From Octopus vulgaris (Eukaryota), in contig OX597833.1 of assembly GCA_951406725.2 (NCBI GenBank), forward strand, positions 62,620,001-62,684,000: a DNA stretch of 64,000 nt, given 5' to 3'. This document shows positions 46,701 through 55,855 of this stretch, one piece after another. Under the pieces are notes generated by a model. That model was not told the DNA's origin. It was given only the letters and a program-made list of their open reading frames with translations, and ran no database searches. Position 1 is the stretch's first letter; the number at the start of each line of letters is the position of its first letter. The position numbers and the translations under genes are program-made.

Positions 46701-48582
46701 ATGGGTTTCACCTGAGCTTAGTAGAGTGTCAACAACTGTTAGGGGGAGGGCACAGAAATGTTTTGTAGTCCTGAGGAGAAGGACCAGTCTTTGGGATGAG
46801 GTACTAGCAATATTAAAAATGTGCTTCTGTCAAGATATCATCATGGAGATAGCCAAATCGAGTTAACAGAACATATTTGGAACCCGTCAAAGGAACCATT
46901 CTATCACTGGTTTTAACACCAACACCTCTGCTTTCATTCAAATAGTCATCTGGGGAAAACCTTTTCCCTCTTCGTCTCAGAGTCTCTGAAAATGGTCATG
47001 TGCACTACCTCCACTTCCCTGCCTAAAATATTTAAAAAAAAAAAAAATTTCTTCAAAAATATTGGCAGATACTAAGAATTTAACCAATACTGAATTTCAT
47101 TCTTTTGATACCAATCCTCCAGTTTTAATCCTTTTGTTGCCATCTTTCTCTTGAACTATAACTTGATTTCAATTAATTTTGAAAATGATGTATTTAATAA
47201 AATAAGTTTGGTGTCATTAAACTGGCAGTTGGAACATTAAATTAACATGAAATATTGATGGAAGATATAGAGAATACCAAACGAGTTCCCTATGGATACC
47301 GTATTTATTACAAGCCACTCGTAATAAATACGGTATCCATAGGGAATGAGTTTGGTATTTTATTTATTACACACGAATAAACGACCAAATTTTATTAACC
47401 CAATAACTAAATTCTTCACATCGTGTTGAAGCGCGCATGAATACAGCTTAATTTCACGTCAGTGACGTCACAATGTGTAACTGTAAAAGATGTCATGCCG
47501 CAGGAAGATAGTAAGTTTTCAGGTGAAATGACTGATGACTGTTTAACATTTGTTTAATTACATGGCTACATTCTACCTGCTCATGAAAGTAATGAATGAA
47601 GTTTAGTTGTAACTTATGAATGACAAAAGTAGTGCCGTCACCGTGACCTCGGGTCATCACCATGGATTGACCAATCAGACGCAGCGCTCGCAGTATCTGA
47701 CATATGTTAGATACCAAAAATATCTCAAAGTGTTCTCACTCACATGTGTGTAATAATTTAGTTTATCATAGAACCAGAATAGTTTGGGTTGATTGGTATT
47801 AAGACAGTTCAAGTATCATTTAAGATACTTAGAGTTATGTGCTAAACACTGGCTTTAAAAACAAAATGTTGGTGATTTTACTAACACCTTTAATTCCTCG
47901 GTTGCTTGGGAAAACTACGGTGATGAGAGAGAGAGGTTGAAGCTTGGTAATTCTTACAAGGATTCATAGGTAGCTATCAAACTGATAATTGGTGTGGAGG
48001 AACGAAGCAGAAAGGTCTCTTGTATAACAAAAAAGAACTGAAGCATACAGATTAACCTGTCATCAATAATTAACGATAATTTGGCAGAAATATTTAAGAT
48101 TAAAATGCTACAGTCATCTTACAATAGAGAATACAAATTGGCCTTTTTTTTTTTTTTAATACTTATTTTTCTTACCATAGTCATATATTATAATCAAGCA
48201 GCTTTTAGGTTATATCACACACTGAAATTTCAGGGTGTTTTATTTAAAAGCACAGTGATTTTAAAAAGAGTCAACAGGCTAAGATTTAAGTAACAAGATG
48301 TGACAGTTTCTCATATCTACACAGCTAATTAAGCACACATTTAACAAAAAGAAAAAAAATTACAGGAGAGAGATTAAAAAAAATAATTGAAAAAAAACTA
48401 CTATAAAAAAATTTTAAATTACACAACTTACAATTTTGATTCAACAATTAAGTCATTATTAGGATTATACCATTTCAGTTGGACATTGCGCTCAGTTGTA
48501 TTAGACAATGTACACTTTACAAGAAAATTATCATTTGCCATTTTAATATCCTCCTCAACGTTCAGAGAAAGGTTTTGCAGAA
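186..48582 (-). CDS. NCAM: NCAM/Fasciclin-2/apCAM-like cell adhesion molecule (5 Ig + 2 FN3 + stalk), multi-exon, partial at both ends
   Basis: 13 core exons splice in frame at GT-AG sites (688 codons). Ig5 [25 protein letters not shown] resembles vertebrate NCAM1 Ig5 as I recall it (VYTWEGNQVNITCEVFAYPSATISW). The 5Ig-2FN3 architecture with half-domain exons is typical of the family. Confidence 0.9.
2500..3730 (-). mobile_element. decayed RTE-like LINE remnant, split by the mariner insertion
   Basis: Reverse complement resembles the 3' RT region of the LINE at 51000-51700 (e.g. gatagcttctg..ctaggt..ctaattac). Confidence 0.55.
2707..3230 (+). mobile_element. internally deleted mariner element nested in a LINE remnant
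   Basis: TIR ttaggttgaggaaaaa / ttttttcctcaacctaa, TA TSDs, transposase motif [20 protein letters not shown]. Confidence 0.88.
4295..4710 (-). mobile_element. RTE-tail family element (LINE 3' UTR or derived SINE) with (GAT)n tail
   Basis: Shares ggagtggttg.cgttaggaagggcatccagctgtag and ccaacccatgctagcatggaaagcgg with copies at 21830, 34218 and 41340. Confidence 0.75.
5110..5455 (-). mobile_element. diverged tRNA-derived SINE, family A
   Basis: Similar to the intact copies at 19570 and 56504. Confidence 0.7.
6348..6553. repeat. long inverted repeat (about 83-bp arms) inside an insertion flanked by a 15-bp direct repeat
   Basis: atgcttgaaatagcagtcaaaacc...tagacaaa pairs with tttgtcta...ggttttgactgctatttcaagcat; taatatttgaaatgc at 6337 and 6677. 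Confidence 0.85.
7508..7546 (-). CDS. candidate 39-nt stalk microexon ([13 protein letters not shown])
   Basis: tttttcctttcag acceptor, weak gtgatt donor, phase 1-1, acidic/Pro peptide. Confidence 0.4.
9028..9038 (-). other. candidate 11-nt stop-containing microexon (xCT GAA AGG TAG); alternative 7-nt form 9032-9038
   Basis: ttttttttccaatttccag|ctgaaag|gtag|gtaaga, strong acceptor with two tandem donors. Confidence 0.4.
10083..10304. mobile_element. piggyBac-like MITE, family 1
   Basis: TTAA TSDs, TIR ccctttcgttacc; other copies at 23754 and 62385. Confidence 0.85.
11548..12374 (-). mobile_element. Tc1/mariner superfamily (maT/DD37D-like) transposon fossil
   Basis: TIR cagggtgcg / cgcaccctg followed by TA; transposase remnant [18 protein letters not shown]...[10 protein letters not shown]. 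Confidence 0.85.
13373..13435 (-). CDS. candidate 63-nt stalk exon ([21 protein letters not shown])
   Basis: cattttcag acceptor, AAG|gttagt donor, phase 1-1, P/S/T-rich. Confidence 0.65.
15838..15867 (-). CDS. candidate 30-nt stalk microexon ([10 protein letters not shown])
   Basis: ttttactctgcag acceptor, G|gtaagc donor, phase 1-1, internally repetitive DEY peptide. Confidence 0.7.
17017..17400 (+). mobile_element. tRNA-derived SINE, family A
   Basis: Box A/B-like head (gtagctgtgtggt...gggttcagtccc), central microsatellite, (aagagt)n tail. Confidence 0.85.
18612..18638 (-). CDS. candidate 27-nt stalk microexon (xSPDSIEES)
   Basis: tttttttcatattcatatag acceptor, G|gtaaga donor, phase 1-1, open frame. 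Confidence 0.65.
19223..19421 (-). CDS. NCAM: NCAM-like exon, FN3-2 second half ([66 protein letters not shown])
   Basis: acacag acceptor, gtaagt donor, phase 0-1, FN3 L-x3-T-x-Y-E-V-x-V-x-A-x-N motif. Confidence 0.93.
19570..19973 (+). mobile_element. tRNA-derived SINE, family A
   Basis: Full head ggcgcaggagtggctgtgtggtaag; near-identical to other copies. Confidence 0.88.
20461..20472 (-). CDS. candidate 12-nt microexon in FN3-2 (INLQ)
   Basis: ttaatttctag|atcaacttgcaa|gtgagt, phase 0-0 in a phase-0 intron, 79-nt upstream intron. Confidence 0.6.
20552..20679 (-). CDS. NCAM: NCAM-like exon, FN3-2 first half ([42 protein letters not shown])
   Basis: tttcag acceptor, gtaaag donor, phase 1-0, W-x-x-P-x-x-G-G motif. 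Confidence 0.92.
20887..21310. mobile_element. non-autonomous DNA transposon with 8-bp TSD (Merlin-like termini)
   Basis: TIR ggatcttttcggtttgaacggcag / ctgccgttcaaacagaaaagatcc; TSD cattttta on both sides. Confidence 0.85.
21830..22201 (+). mobile_element. RTE-tail family element
   Basis: Repeated gtggcacgtaaaaagcacc modules, conserved 3' body, gatgatgat tail. Confidence 0.8.
22371..22505 (-). CDS. NCAM: NCAM-like exon, FN3-1 second half ([44 protein letters not shown])
   Basis: tctttgtag acceptor, gtaagt donor, phase 1-1, L-x-P-x-T-x-Y...V-x-A-x-N-x-x-G motif. Confidence 0.93.
22599..22831 (-). mobile_element. tRNA-derived SINE, family B (Nin/Deu-like central domain)
   Basis: 15-bp TSD caccattacattacc; central gcctttcatcctttcggggtcgataaattaagtaccag. 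Confidence 0.88.
23230..23640 (-). mobile_element. RTE-like LINE 3' remnant
   Basis: Reverse complement resembles 41030-41300 (gactgcactgg..gg.catgtg). Confidence 0.55.
23754..23980. mobile_element. piggyBac-like MITE, family 1, nested in an old family-A SINE
   Basis: TTAA TSDs; SINE sequence continues on both sides. Confidence 0.85.
24073..24243 (-). CDS. NCAM: NCAM-like exon, FN3-1 first half ([39 protein letters not shown]...)
   Basis: ttttacag acceptor, gttagt donor, phase 1-1, [10 protein letters not shown] motif. Confidence 0.93.
24566..24785. mobile_element. piggyBac-like MITE, family 2
   Basis: TTAA TSDs, TIR ccctttagtgtt / aacactaaaggg; related copies near 57055 and 10475. Confidence 0.82.
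24799..25184 (+). mobile_element. tRNA-derived SINE, family D
   Basis: tRNA-like head (tggcccagtggttagggcagcggactcg...ggtttcgattccc); 11-bp TSD aaagagtggat; second copy at 42503. Confidence 0.88.
25577..25895 (+). mobile_element. older tRNA-derived SINE
   Basis: Box A tggctcagtgg, box B agttcgattcc, CORE/V-like cctgagcaagac segment. Confidence 0.65.
26290..26395 (-). CDS. NCAM: NCAM-like exon, Ig5 end ([35 protein letters not shown])
   Basis: tttttgttag acceptor, gtttgt donor, phase 0-1, F-x-x-Y-x-C motif. Confidence 0.9.
26824..27011 (-). mobile_element. SINE family B (partial)
   Basis: Near-identical to the 22599 copy. Confidence 0.8.
27400..27834. repeat. 115-bp tandem repeat (about 3.8 copies) derived from a family-A SINE head
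   Basis: Unit ttcccactatcagatccactcacaaggc...gttggcaagct starts at 27401, 27491, 27606 and 27721. Confidence 0.9.
27938..28288 (-). CDS. NCAM: NCAM-like exon, Ig4 second half + Ig5 first half
   Basis: ttaacag acceptor, gtaagt donor, 351 nt, phase 0-0; [13 protein letters not shown] and [16 protein letters not shown] motifs. Confidence 0.94.
28392..28534 (-). CDS. NCAM: NCAM-like exon, Ig4 first half ([47 protein letters not shown])
   Basis: ttttacag acceptor, gttagc donor, phase 1-0. Confidence 0.93.
28744..29051 (-). mobile_element. tRNA-derived SINE, family A
   Basis: Reverse complement of the 19570 copy. Confidence 0.87.
29215..29527 (+). mobile_element. RTE-tail family element
   Basis: Conserved 3' body and GAT tail. 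Confidence 0.75.
30110..30715 (-). mobile_element. head-to-tail trimer of SINE family B
   Basis: Unit of about 184 bp starting tttctttactacccacaagggg at 30111, 30296 and 30480; only the last unit has the full tRNA head. Confidence 0.88.
30804..30960 (-). CDS. NCAM: NCAM-like exon, Ig3 second half ([52 protein letters not shown])
   Basis: ctgcatag acceptor, gtaagt donor, phase 0-1, DGGKYKC motif. Confidence 0.93.
31064..31176 (-). CDS. NCAM: NCAM-like exon, Ig3 first half ([37 protein letters not shown])
   Basis: tttgcag acceptor, gtgcgt donor, phase 1-0. Confidence 0.93.
31421..31813 (-). mobile_element. tRNA-derived SINE, family A
   Basis: Full-length copy. Confidence 0.87.
32288..32519 (-). 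mobile_element. SINE family B
   Basis: TSD tattggtatatacc on both sides. Confidence 0.87.
32975..33201 (-). mobile_element. SINE family B
   Basis: Near-identical to other family-B copies. Confidence 0.82.
33414..33551 (-). CDS. NCAM: NCAM-like exon, Ig2 second half ([45 protein letters not shown])
   Basis: ttatttag acceptor, gtaagt donor, phase 1-1, L-x-I-x-N-x3-D-D-x-G-x-Y motif; absent from the ORF track. Confidence 0.9.
33705..33905 (+). mobile_element. RTE-tail family element (short)
   Basis: ggcacgtaaa modules and GAT tail. Confidence 0.75.
34218..34538 (+). mobile_element. RTE-tail family element
   Basis: Three ggcac.taaaaagcacc modules, conserved body and tail. Confidence 0.8.
35375..35803 (+). 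mobile_element. RTE-tail family element
   Basis: Diverged modules, body and GAT tail. Confidence 0.72.
35960..36094 (-). CDS. NCAM: NCAM-like exon, Ig2 first half ([44 protein letters not shown])
   Basis: ttttccgcag acceptor, gtatgg donor, phase 1-1, C-x-A-x-G-x-P-x-P-x-I-x-W I-set motif. Confidence 0.92.
36581..37800 (+). mobile_element. decayed mariner transposon (transposase pseudogene)
   Basis: Frameshifted remnants [25 protein letters not shown] and YSPDLAPS. Confidence 0.88.
37954..38186 (-). mobile_element. SINE family B
   Basis: 15-bp TSD aattaggcctgatcc. Confidence 0.88.
38284..38420 (-). CDS. NCAM: NCAM-like exon, Ig1 second half ([45 protein letters not shown])
   Basis: ttttctag acceptor, gtaagt donor, phase 2-1, DAGVYAC motif. 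Confidence 0.92.
39530..41750 (+). mobile_element. decayed RTE-clade LINE (APE endonuclease + RT fragments + 3' UTR)
   Basis: [43 protein letters not shown] and RGRPRK remnants with stops and deletions; followed directly by the RTE-tail repeat. Confidence 0.88.
42503..42860 (+). mobile_element. tRNA-derived SINE, family D
   Basis: Similar to the 24799 copy. Confidence 0.82.
42900..43168 (+). mobile_element. RTE-tail family element
   Basis: Modules, body and GAT tail. Confidence 0.78.
43716..43980. repeat. compound (TA)n/(TACA)n/(CA)n microsatellite
   Basis: Direct inspection; it produces the spurious YI-repeat ORFs. Confidence 0.95.
43976..44138 (+). mobile_element. 5'-truncated RTE-tail family element
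   Basis: Conserved body and GAT tail. Confidence 0.78.
45375..45380 (-). CDS. candidate 6-nt microexon in Ig1 (CCCGAG; ESKF-PS-ISIR)
   Basis: tcttcttttcag|cccgag|gtaaat, long upstream pyrimidine tract, frame-preserving in a phase-2 intron. Confidence 0.55.
47273..47359. repeat. hairpin (about 39-bp arms, 9-nt loop) at the end of an unclassified insertion
   Basis: aataccaaac..ttccctatggataccgtatttattac / gtaataaatacggtatccatagggaa..gtttggtatt. Confidence 0.85.
48432..48582 (-). CDS. NCAM: NCAM-like exon, Ig1 first half ([49 protein letters not shown])
   Basis: ttttcag acceptor, gtaagt donor, phase 1-2, Ig B-strand Cys and C-strand Trp. Confidence 0.88.
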
Positions 48583-48694
48583 CTGAAAAACAAAAAGAAA
48601 TCAACATATTAATTAAACATTCAAGCTTTAAAAATAAAGTAGGATACAAAATAAACTAAGATAAAAATTAAATTTAAAAACTTTGAACAACATA

Positions 48695-48857
48695 GGCGCA
48701 GGAGTGGCTGTGTGGTAAGTAGCTTGTTTACCAACCACATGGCTCCGGGTTCAGTCTCACTGCGTGGCACCTTGGGCAAGTGTCTTCTACTATAGCCTCG
48801 GGCTGACCAAAGCCTTGTGTGTGGATTTGGTAGACAGAAACTGAAAAGAAGCCCGTC

Positions 48858-48899
<42 letters not shown>

Positions 48900-49093
48900 G
48901 TGCATGTGTGTGTCCCACAACATCGCCTGACAACCGATGCTGGTGTGTTTATGTCCCCGTTATTTAGCGGTTCGGCAAAAGAGACCAATAGTATAAGTAC
49001 TGGGCTTACAAAAGAATAAGTCCCGGGGTCGAATTGCTCGATTAAAGGCGGTGCTCCAGCATGGCCGCAGACAAATGACTGAAACAAGTAAAA
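48695..49093 (+). mobile_element. tRNA-derived SINE, family A
   Basis: Full-length copy about 110 nt upstream of the Ig1 acceptor. Confidence 0.87.
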
Positions 49094-50200
49094 GATTATG
49101 TAAAAAGAAAGTTTTACAATTTCGATCATTCAGTGAGGAGTCAGTTGTACTTATGACCTCCGTACAGCCTGTGTAGTGTTAAAACTGATGTAATTGAAGA
49201 TCAACATTGAAGATCAATAAACGCAAATATAGAAGGAAGGAAATTCAAAAGGATAGGCATTCTGGGGAGGAAGGATTGGGAAAGTGATTGATGTGGGCTC
49301 AGCTGGTGGAGAAGAGGCTGTTACAATGGGCTGGGATTTGGTAGTAAGTTTACTACTATACACTGAATTAGTAAACTGATAGAGACTTCGTTATTGTGGC
49401 AGGTGACTTCAATGGACATATTGGACAGCATCCCCATGGCCCTAGGAATGGGGAGGGAACAAGGCTGCTGGAGTTCTGTGATGCAAATGATCTCATGATC
49501 TGCAACACTAACTTCAGAAAACCAGCCAGCCACTTAATCACTTATCTGTCTGGTGGGCACATAAGCCAGATTGACTACCTCCTCCCCAGGCAATGGGATA
49601 GACAGATGCTTGCAAATATAAAGTATTTCCCAGGTGAAGAGTGTACAACCCAACATAGGTTACTAGTTAGTGACTTCAGAATTAGAAAGACTCAAAGAAA
49701 TAAACCTATCTGGAAAAGAAGACTAACTATGGAAGCTCAGAGGCCCAGCAAAGAGACAGATATTTAGAGATTTCCTCATGGAAGCTTCTGAGAAAAGGGA
49801 GGAAGAGTTGGGGACATATAGCTTAGAGGATGATTGGAAGTTCCTGCAGGACAATCTACTGAGGGCTACAGACGAAATCTGTGGTTGGTTCTGTGTCCCA
49901 GCTAGGCTAAGGGTGATATGGTGGTAGACAGTGCTATAAAAACAAAGGGACAGACCTGAAAAGACTGGAAAAATGTGGAAGTAGAGTTATATCAGGTAGT
50001 AAGAAGGACAACTAAGTGTCAGGTTTACAAAAGAATAGCAGAATGTAAGAGATTTGCAAATGCTCTACAGTGCGAGTTGTTCAGGACTGCAAAGCAGTGT
50101 ATCAGAGTATAGGGATGTGGTGGGTGAAAAATGAATGCGAATGGATAATGGTATGCTTGCACTTAGTAACTCAGAGATGAAAGAGTGCGGAAGTGCCACT

Positions 50201-53200
50201 ATGAAAGGTTAGTAAATGTGGAAGACGAATGGGAGTAGAGTCTACCAAATAGGAAACCAACTGAGGGACCAGCCAGAGTTGATAGCAGCATAATAGATAA
50301 GGCAATTAAGGATATAAAGGCAGAGATTCCCTGGGCCGTCAGGAATCACTACCAAAATGAATAACATTTCTGGTGATGTAGGATACAGCCTAGTCACCCA
50401 TATAGTTAATCAGGTTATTCAGGAAAGCACCATCCCCAATGACTGGCATAATAGTATTATAATTGGCTGCTACAAGGGTAAAGGTGATGCCTTAGATAGA
50501 AACATCTAAACTGCTAGACCAGGTTATAAAAGTTACTGAGAGGGTTATAGTTCAATTGATTAGGAATAGAATTAAACTAGATGAGATACAGATGGGTTCT
50601 GTACCTGTTAAGAATACCACACATGCCATCTTCCTAGTGAGAGAGCTGCAGGAAAAATATTTAGTCAAAAGTAAGCCATCGTACTTAGCTTTCATCAACA
50701 TGGTGAGACCTTTTGACAGAGTCCCCCACTCTGTTATCTGGCGAGTAGAAGAGTGGCTTATTAGAGCTGTACAAGCCATGTACAGCGGTGCTGTCAGTAA
50801 GGTGAGAGTTGGTCATGAATACAGTGATGAATTTAGTGTACAAGTAGGGGTTCACCAAGGTTCAGTTTTCAGCCCACTCTTATTCCTTATAGTCCTCCAG
50901 ACCATAACAGCCTTGTGCTTATTATAGAATCTGTAGCAGAATTGGGGGAGAACTTCCAGGTATAGAAGCAAAACCTGGAATCAAAGGGCCTTAAAGTTAA
51001 CCTAGTAAAGACCAAAGTTGTTGTTAGCAAGAAAGAAGACTCTTTCCATCAGGTAAATTGCCCAGCTCATTACGTAGGGAAGGAGTTGGAAGAAATTCCA
51101 TTCACTGCACCCAGTGTAAGCTATGGACACAGAAGAGGTGCAATGAAATCACAGATTAACAGATAAAGTCGTCTTCATATGTGACAGATGTGCAGGAACA
51201 ATAAGCACTAAGAGTACAGAGGACATCAATTCTCTCAAATTCCCAGGAGGCTCTCTTCAGGTTGTAGATAGCTTCTGTTACCTAGGTGACCAAATTAGCA
51301 ATGATGACAGATGTTCTGAAAGCATTGCTTCTAGAACAAGAATACAATGGAGAATGTTCAAAGAGCTATTATCTCCTAACAAAAGGACTCTCTCAAGAAT
51401 GAAAGGTAGACTGTGTGATGCTTTTGAGCAAATGGCTATATTCAATGGTAGTGGGACATGGGCTCTGAATGCAGAAGACATGCATGGACTGGATAGAAAT
51501 GATGGTGGCATGCTCCGTTGTATGTGCAACATCAGCGTGCAAAGTGCAAATGTATTGAGAAAAGTTGGGCATAAGAGGAATCAAACGCAGCATGCAAGAA
51601 AGAAGGCTATGTTGGTTTAGACATGCGATGCCTATGAATGATGTGAGAGTGAATGGTACCTATGGAAGAAGGAGATCCAGGAAGATGCAGGATGAAGTGG
51701 TAAGGACTGATCTCAGGATGTTGGGACTCACAGAGGAAATTGCAATGGACCAAGATATATTTCTTTATTGCCCACAAGGGGCTAAACATAGAGGGGACAA
51801 AGGACAGACGAGCGGATTAAGTCGATTATATCAACCCCAGTGCGTAACTGGTACTTAATTTATCGACCCCGAAAGGATGAAAGGCAAAGTCGACCTCAGC
51901 GGTTTTTGAACTCAGAACGCAACGGCAGACGAAATACGGCTACACATTTCGCCCAGCATGCTAACGTTTCTGCCAGCTCGCCGCAATGGACGAAGATATC
52001 TGGCAATATAAAGTTCTTGAGAAGACCCGCCCACGTACGAATGAAAGGTTAGTAAATGTGGAAGACGAATGGGAGTAGAGTCTACCAAATAGGAAACCAA
52101 CTGAGGGACCAGCCAGAGTTGATAGCAGCATAATAGATAAGGCAATTAAGGATATAAAGGCAGAGATTCCCTGGGCCGTCAGGAATCACTACCAAAATGA
52201 ATAACATTTCTGGTGATGTAGGATACAGCCTAGTCACCCATATAGTTAATCAGGTTATTCAGGAAAGCACCATCCCCAATGACTGGCATAATAGTATTAT
52301 AATTGGCTGCTACAAGGGTAAAGGTGATGCCTTAGATAGAAACATCTAAACTGCTAGACCAGGTTATAAAAGTTACTGAGAGGGTTATAGTTCAATTGAT
52401 TAGGAATAGAATTAAACTAGATGAGATACAGATGGGTTCTGTACCTGTTAAGAATACCACACATGCCATCTTCCTAGTGAGAGAGCTGCAGGAAAAATAT
52501 TTAGTCAAAAGTAAGCCATCGTACTTAGCTTTCATCAACATGGTGAGACCTTTTGACAGAGTCCCCCACTCTGTTATCTGGCGAGTAGAAGAGTGGCTTG
52601 TTAGAGCTGTACAAGCCATGTACAGCGGTGCTGTCAGTAAGGTGAGAGTTGGTCATGAATACAGTGATGAATTTAGTGTACAAGTAGGGGTTCACCAAGG
52701 TTCAGTTTTCAGCCCACTCTTATTCCTTATAGTCCTCCAGACCATAACAGCCTTGTGCTTATTATAGAATCTGTAGCAGAATTGGGGGAGAACTTCCAGG
52801 TATAGAAGCAAAACCTGGAATCAAAGGGCCTTAAAGTTAACCTAGTAAAGACCAAAGTTGTTGTTAGCAAGAAAGAAGACTCTTTCCATCAGGTAAATTG
52901 CCCAGCTCATTACGTAGGGAAGGAGTTGGAAGAAATTCCATTCACTGCACCCAGTGTAAGCTATGGACACAGAAGAGGTGCAATGAAATCACAGATTAAC
53001 AGATAAAGTCGTCTTCATATGTGACAGATGTGCAGGAACAATAAGCACTAAGAGTACAGAGGACATCAATTCTCTCAAATTCCCAGGAGGCTCTCTTCAG
53101 GTTGTAGATAGCTTCTGTTACCTAGGTGACCAAATTAGCAATGATGACAGATGTTCTGAAAGCATTGCTTCTAGAACAAGAATACAATGGAGAATGTTCA

Positions 53201-53876
53201 AAGAGCTATTATCTCCTAACAAAAGGACTCTCTCAAGAATGAAAGGTAGACTGTGTGATGCTTTTGAGCAAATGGCTATATTCAATGGTAGTGGGACATG
53301 GGCTCTGAATGCAGAAGACATGCATGGACTGGATAGAAATGATGGTGGCATGCTCCGTTGTATGTGCAACATCAGCGTGCAAAGTGCAAATGTATTGAGA
53401 AAAGTTGGGCATAAGAGGAATCAAACGCAGCATGCAAGAAAGAAGGCTATGTTGGTTTAGACATGCGATGCCTATGAATGATGTGAGAGTGAATGGTACC
53501 TATGGAAGAAGGAGATCCAGGAAGATGCAGGATGAAGTGGTAAGGACTGATCTCAGGATGTTGGGACTCACAGAGGAAATTGCAATGGACCAAGATATAT
53601 TTCTTTATTGCCCACAAGGGGCTAAACATAGAGGGGACAAAGGACAGACGAGCGGATTAAGTCGATTATATCAACCCCAGTGCGTAACTGGTACTTAATT
53701 TATCGACCCCGAAAGGATGAAAGGCAAAGTCGACCTCAGCGGTTTTTGAACTCAGAACGCAACGGCAGACGAAATACGGCTACACATTTCGCCCAGCATG
53801 CTAACGTTTCTGCCAGCTCGCCGCAATGGACGAAGATATCTGGCAATATAAAGTTCTTGAGAAGACCCGCCCACGT
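50201..53876 (+). repeat. near-perfect tandem duplication, 1836-bp unit (50201-52036 and 52041-53876)
   Basis: ORF pairs offset by exactly 1840; I spotted one substitution (50760 a / 52600 g); 4-nt junction acga. Confidence 0.93.
51759..51982 (-). mobile_element. SINE family B inserted in the LINE 3' end (duplicated at 53599-53822)
   Basis: TSD gcaatggac(c/g)aagatat. Confidence 0.85.
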
Positions 53877-54469
53877 CAAAAAAAAAACTGAATTCGAGAA
53901 GCTTTGTGTGTTCCACCGACATGTAACAAGAAAACTTTTCACACACCCTACCACAACAAACCAAAATACACCTCTTCCTTACATTTCCTTTATTTCAAGC
54001 ATTATGTATATCTCTCACTCCCCAGCCCTGTCCACTGTATCACTGCTACATGGTAGCCCCCCCCTCTATATACTCAGGTTTTCAGGACTTACTGCATTCC
54101 TCTTCCCCACTCTCTCACAATTCTTTGACAATGCCCTGTCACATAAGACCTCCATACCTCAAGGATATGCCCTGGCACTTGCCACCATCAATCTTTTCTT
54201 CTACTTAACCATGCCATTTATATTCTGATCTCTGTTCCTTCTAAGTATGCCCAGCACTTCACCATCGTCTCTTCCCGGCTCCCTCTTGCACTTTTGCTGT
54301 CTCTCATTCACTCTTTCCGCCTCTTCCTTCAGGCTGGGTAACCATTTACCTCCTCTACAGCAAAACTTGTTTCTGTCTCTGTCTCACTTAACCTTTCATC
54401 ATCTGACACAAGATCACCTTCTCCAATGCCCCTCTTCAATGTCCCCTTTCAAAGGTTCTTTGCTTTGTA

Positions 54470-54780
54470 AAGTCACTTAGCGACCCTGCCAGTACTGATG
54501 CCATGTAAAAAGCATCCAGTACACACTGTACAGTGGTTGGTGTTCGGAAGGGCATCCAGCTGTAAAAACCATACCAAAACAGACCTTGCCTATGCCACAT
54601 AAAAAGTACTCTGTCCACTGCTGGATGACTGCTGTTAGGAAGGGTTCCAGCCATAAAAACCCTGCCAAAACAGACACAAAAATCTGGCACAGTCTCCTGC
54701 CTGACCAGCTCCTGTCAAACCATCTAACCCATGACAGCATGGAAGGCAGACATTAAATGATGAGGAGGAGGAGGAGGAGT
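54470..54780 (+). mobile_element. diverged RTE-tail family element
   Basis: ggaagggcatccagctgta...acccatgacagcatggaa similarity. Confidence 0.6.
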
Positions 54781-55855
54781 GCAACTGAAAACAGTTTGAA
54801 AAGAAAATTTACATAAAATCTTTCCAGTTTTATAAAGATTATTTTAAGCTCTTTTGTGTGTGTCCGTGTGCGTGGTATTTACTCAAACAATTCAAACACA
54901 CAATATAGCAAATCAAGCAGGTGTCTGAACCTGGATTGTTCTAAGGTCACAGAAAGGAGAGTGGTTTCATATCATGCTCCCATTTCACTTTGGTGCCTCT
55001 GGCTCGACGAATGTCAAATATATCAAGACATTTGCTCTTGCCCCGTGTGGACTCGCAAAGCTCTTAAATTTTCTGCTGGTTCCATCTTCCCATCTGATAT
55101 TGATGAAATATTTACCAGTCTTCTATAATTATATGTGGCAAGATTCTATGGAAATCTCTACAGGAAAAATGGAAACCAGGAATCCTTTTCCTTTTTAATC
55201 TTTGTATTAATATCCTCTAGTTTTGTTTTTCAACTTTGCTATTAACCTCCTTCCTGACATAAAGAGGAACAATGCCAGCCAACAGATTACCATTATTAGA
55301 CAACATATATTCTTAAACACAGAATGAAGCAGATGTCATGCTGGGAAAGTAATACTTTTATTTCTTGTATAAGAGGTGGAGGGATCCTAAATCCTAAACA
55401 GTTAGTAGTCAACTATGCAAGTATTATATGCAGGATTATGAAGAAATTGTATATTTTAATATGCAGAGTTATGAAGAAATTGATAGTGACAGAATCAAAT
55501 GCATCTAGTTGAAGCTGCAAAATGGTTGGTGGCCCAGAATGTATCCAATGACAAAGCATACACGAAAAAAGGAAAAACACATACACAACATTAAAGGCAG
55601 TAACAAGTGCAAGATACTTCATTAGAACAGGGCCTTCCAATCACCACACTACTATGGAGAACTAGATTTCTTAACTCTTATACCGATACATTTATTATCT
55701 ATCAGCAACAACATTGTTTTATGTTCAATGGCGTGTAAATAAAAATATAAAATGCAGTAGAACAGAGTGAAATGCGATAAAGGTATTTGATTAACTTCAA
55801 CATTTTAGTCCCCAAATCTACATGATGTCATCACCATTTTTGATTCGAAGTATAT

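Larger units (their letters stand above)
49380..53876 (+). mobile_element. decayed RTE-clade LINE with duplicated 3' half
   Basis: AGDFNGHIG, LLEFCDANDLMICNTNF, HAIFLVRELQEKYL and [14 protein letters not shown] remnants. Confidence 0.88.

Noticed and set aside
53680-54228. Longest ORF in the track (182 aa, [12 protein letters not shown]...)
   Set aside because: Starts in the antisense strand of SINE family B; the same N-terminus recurs at every copy; no domain
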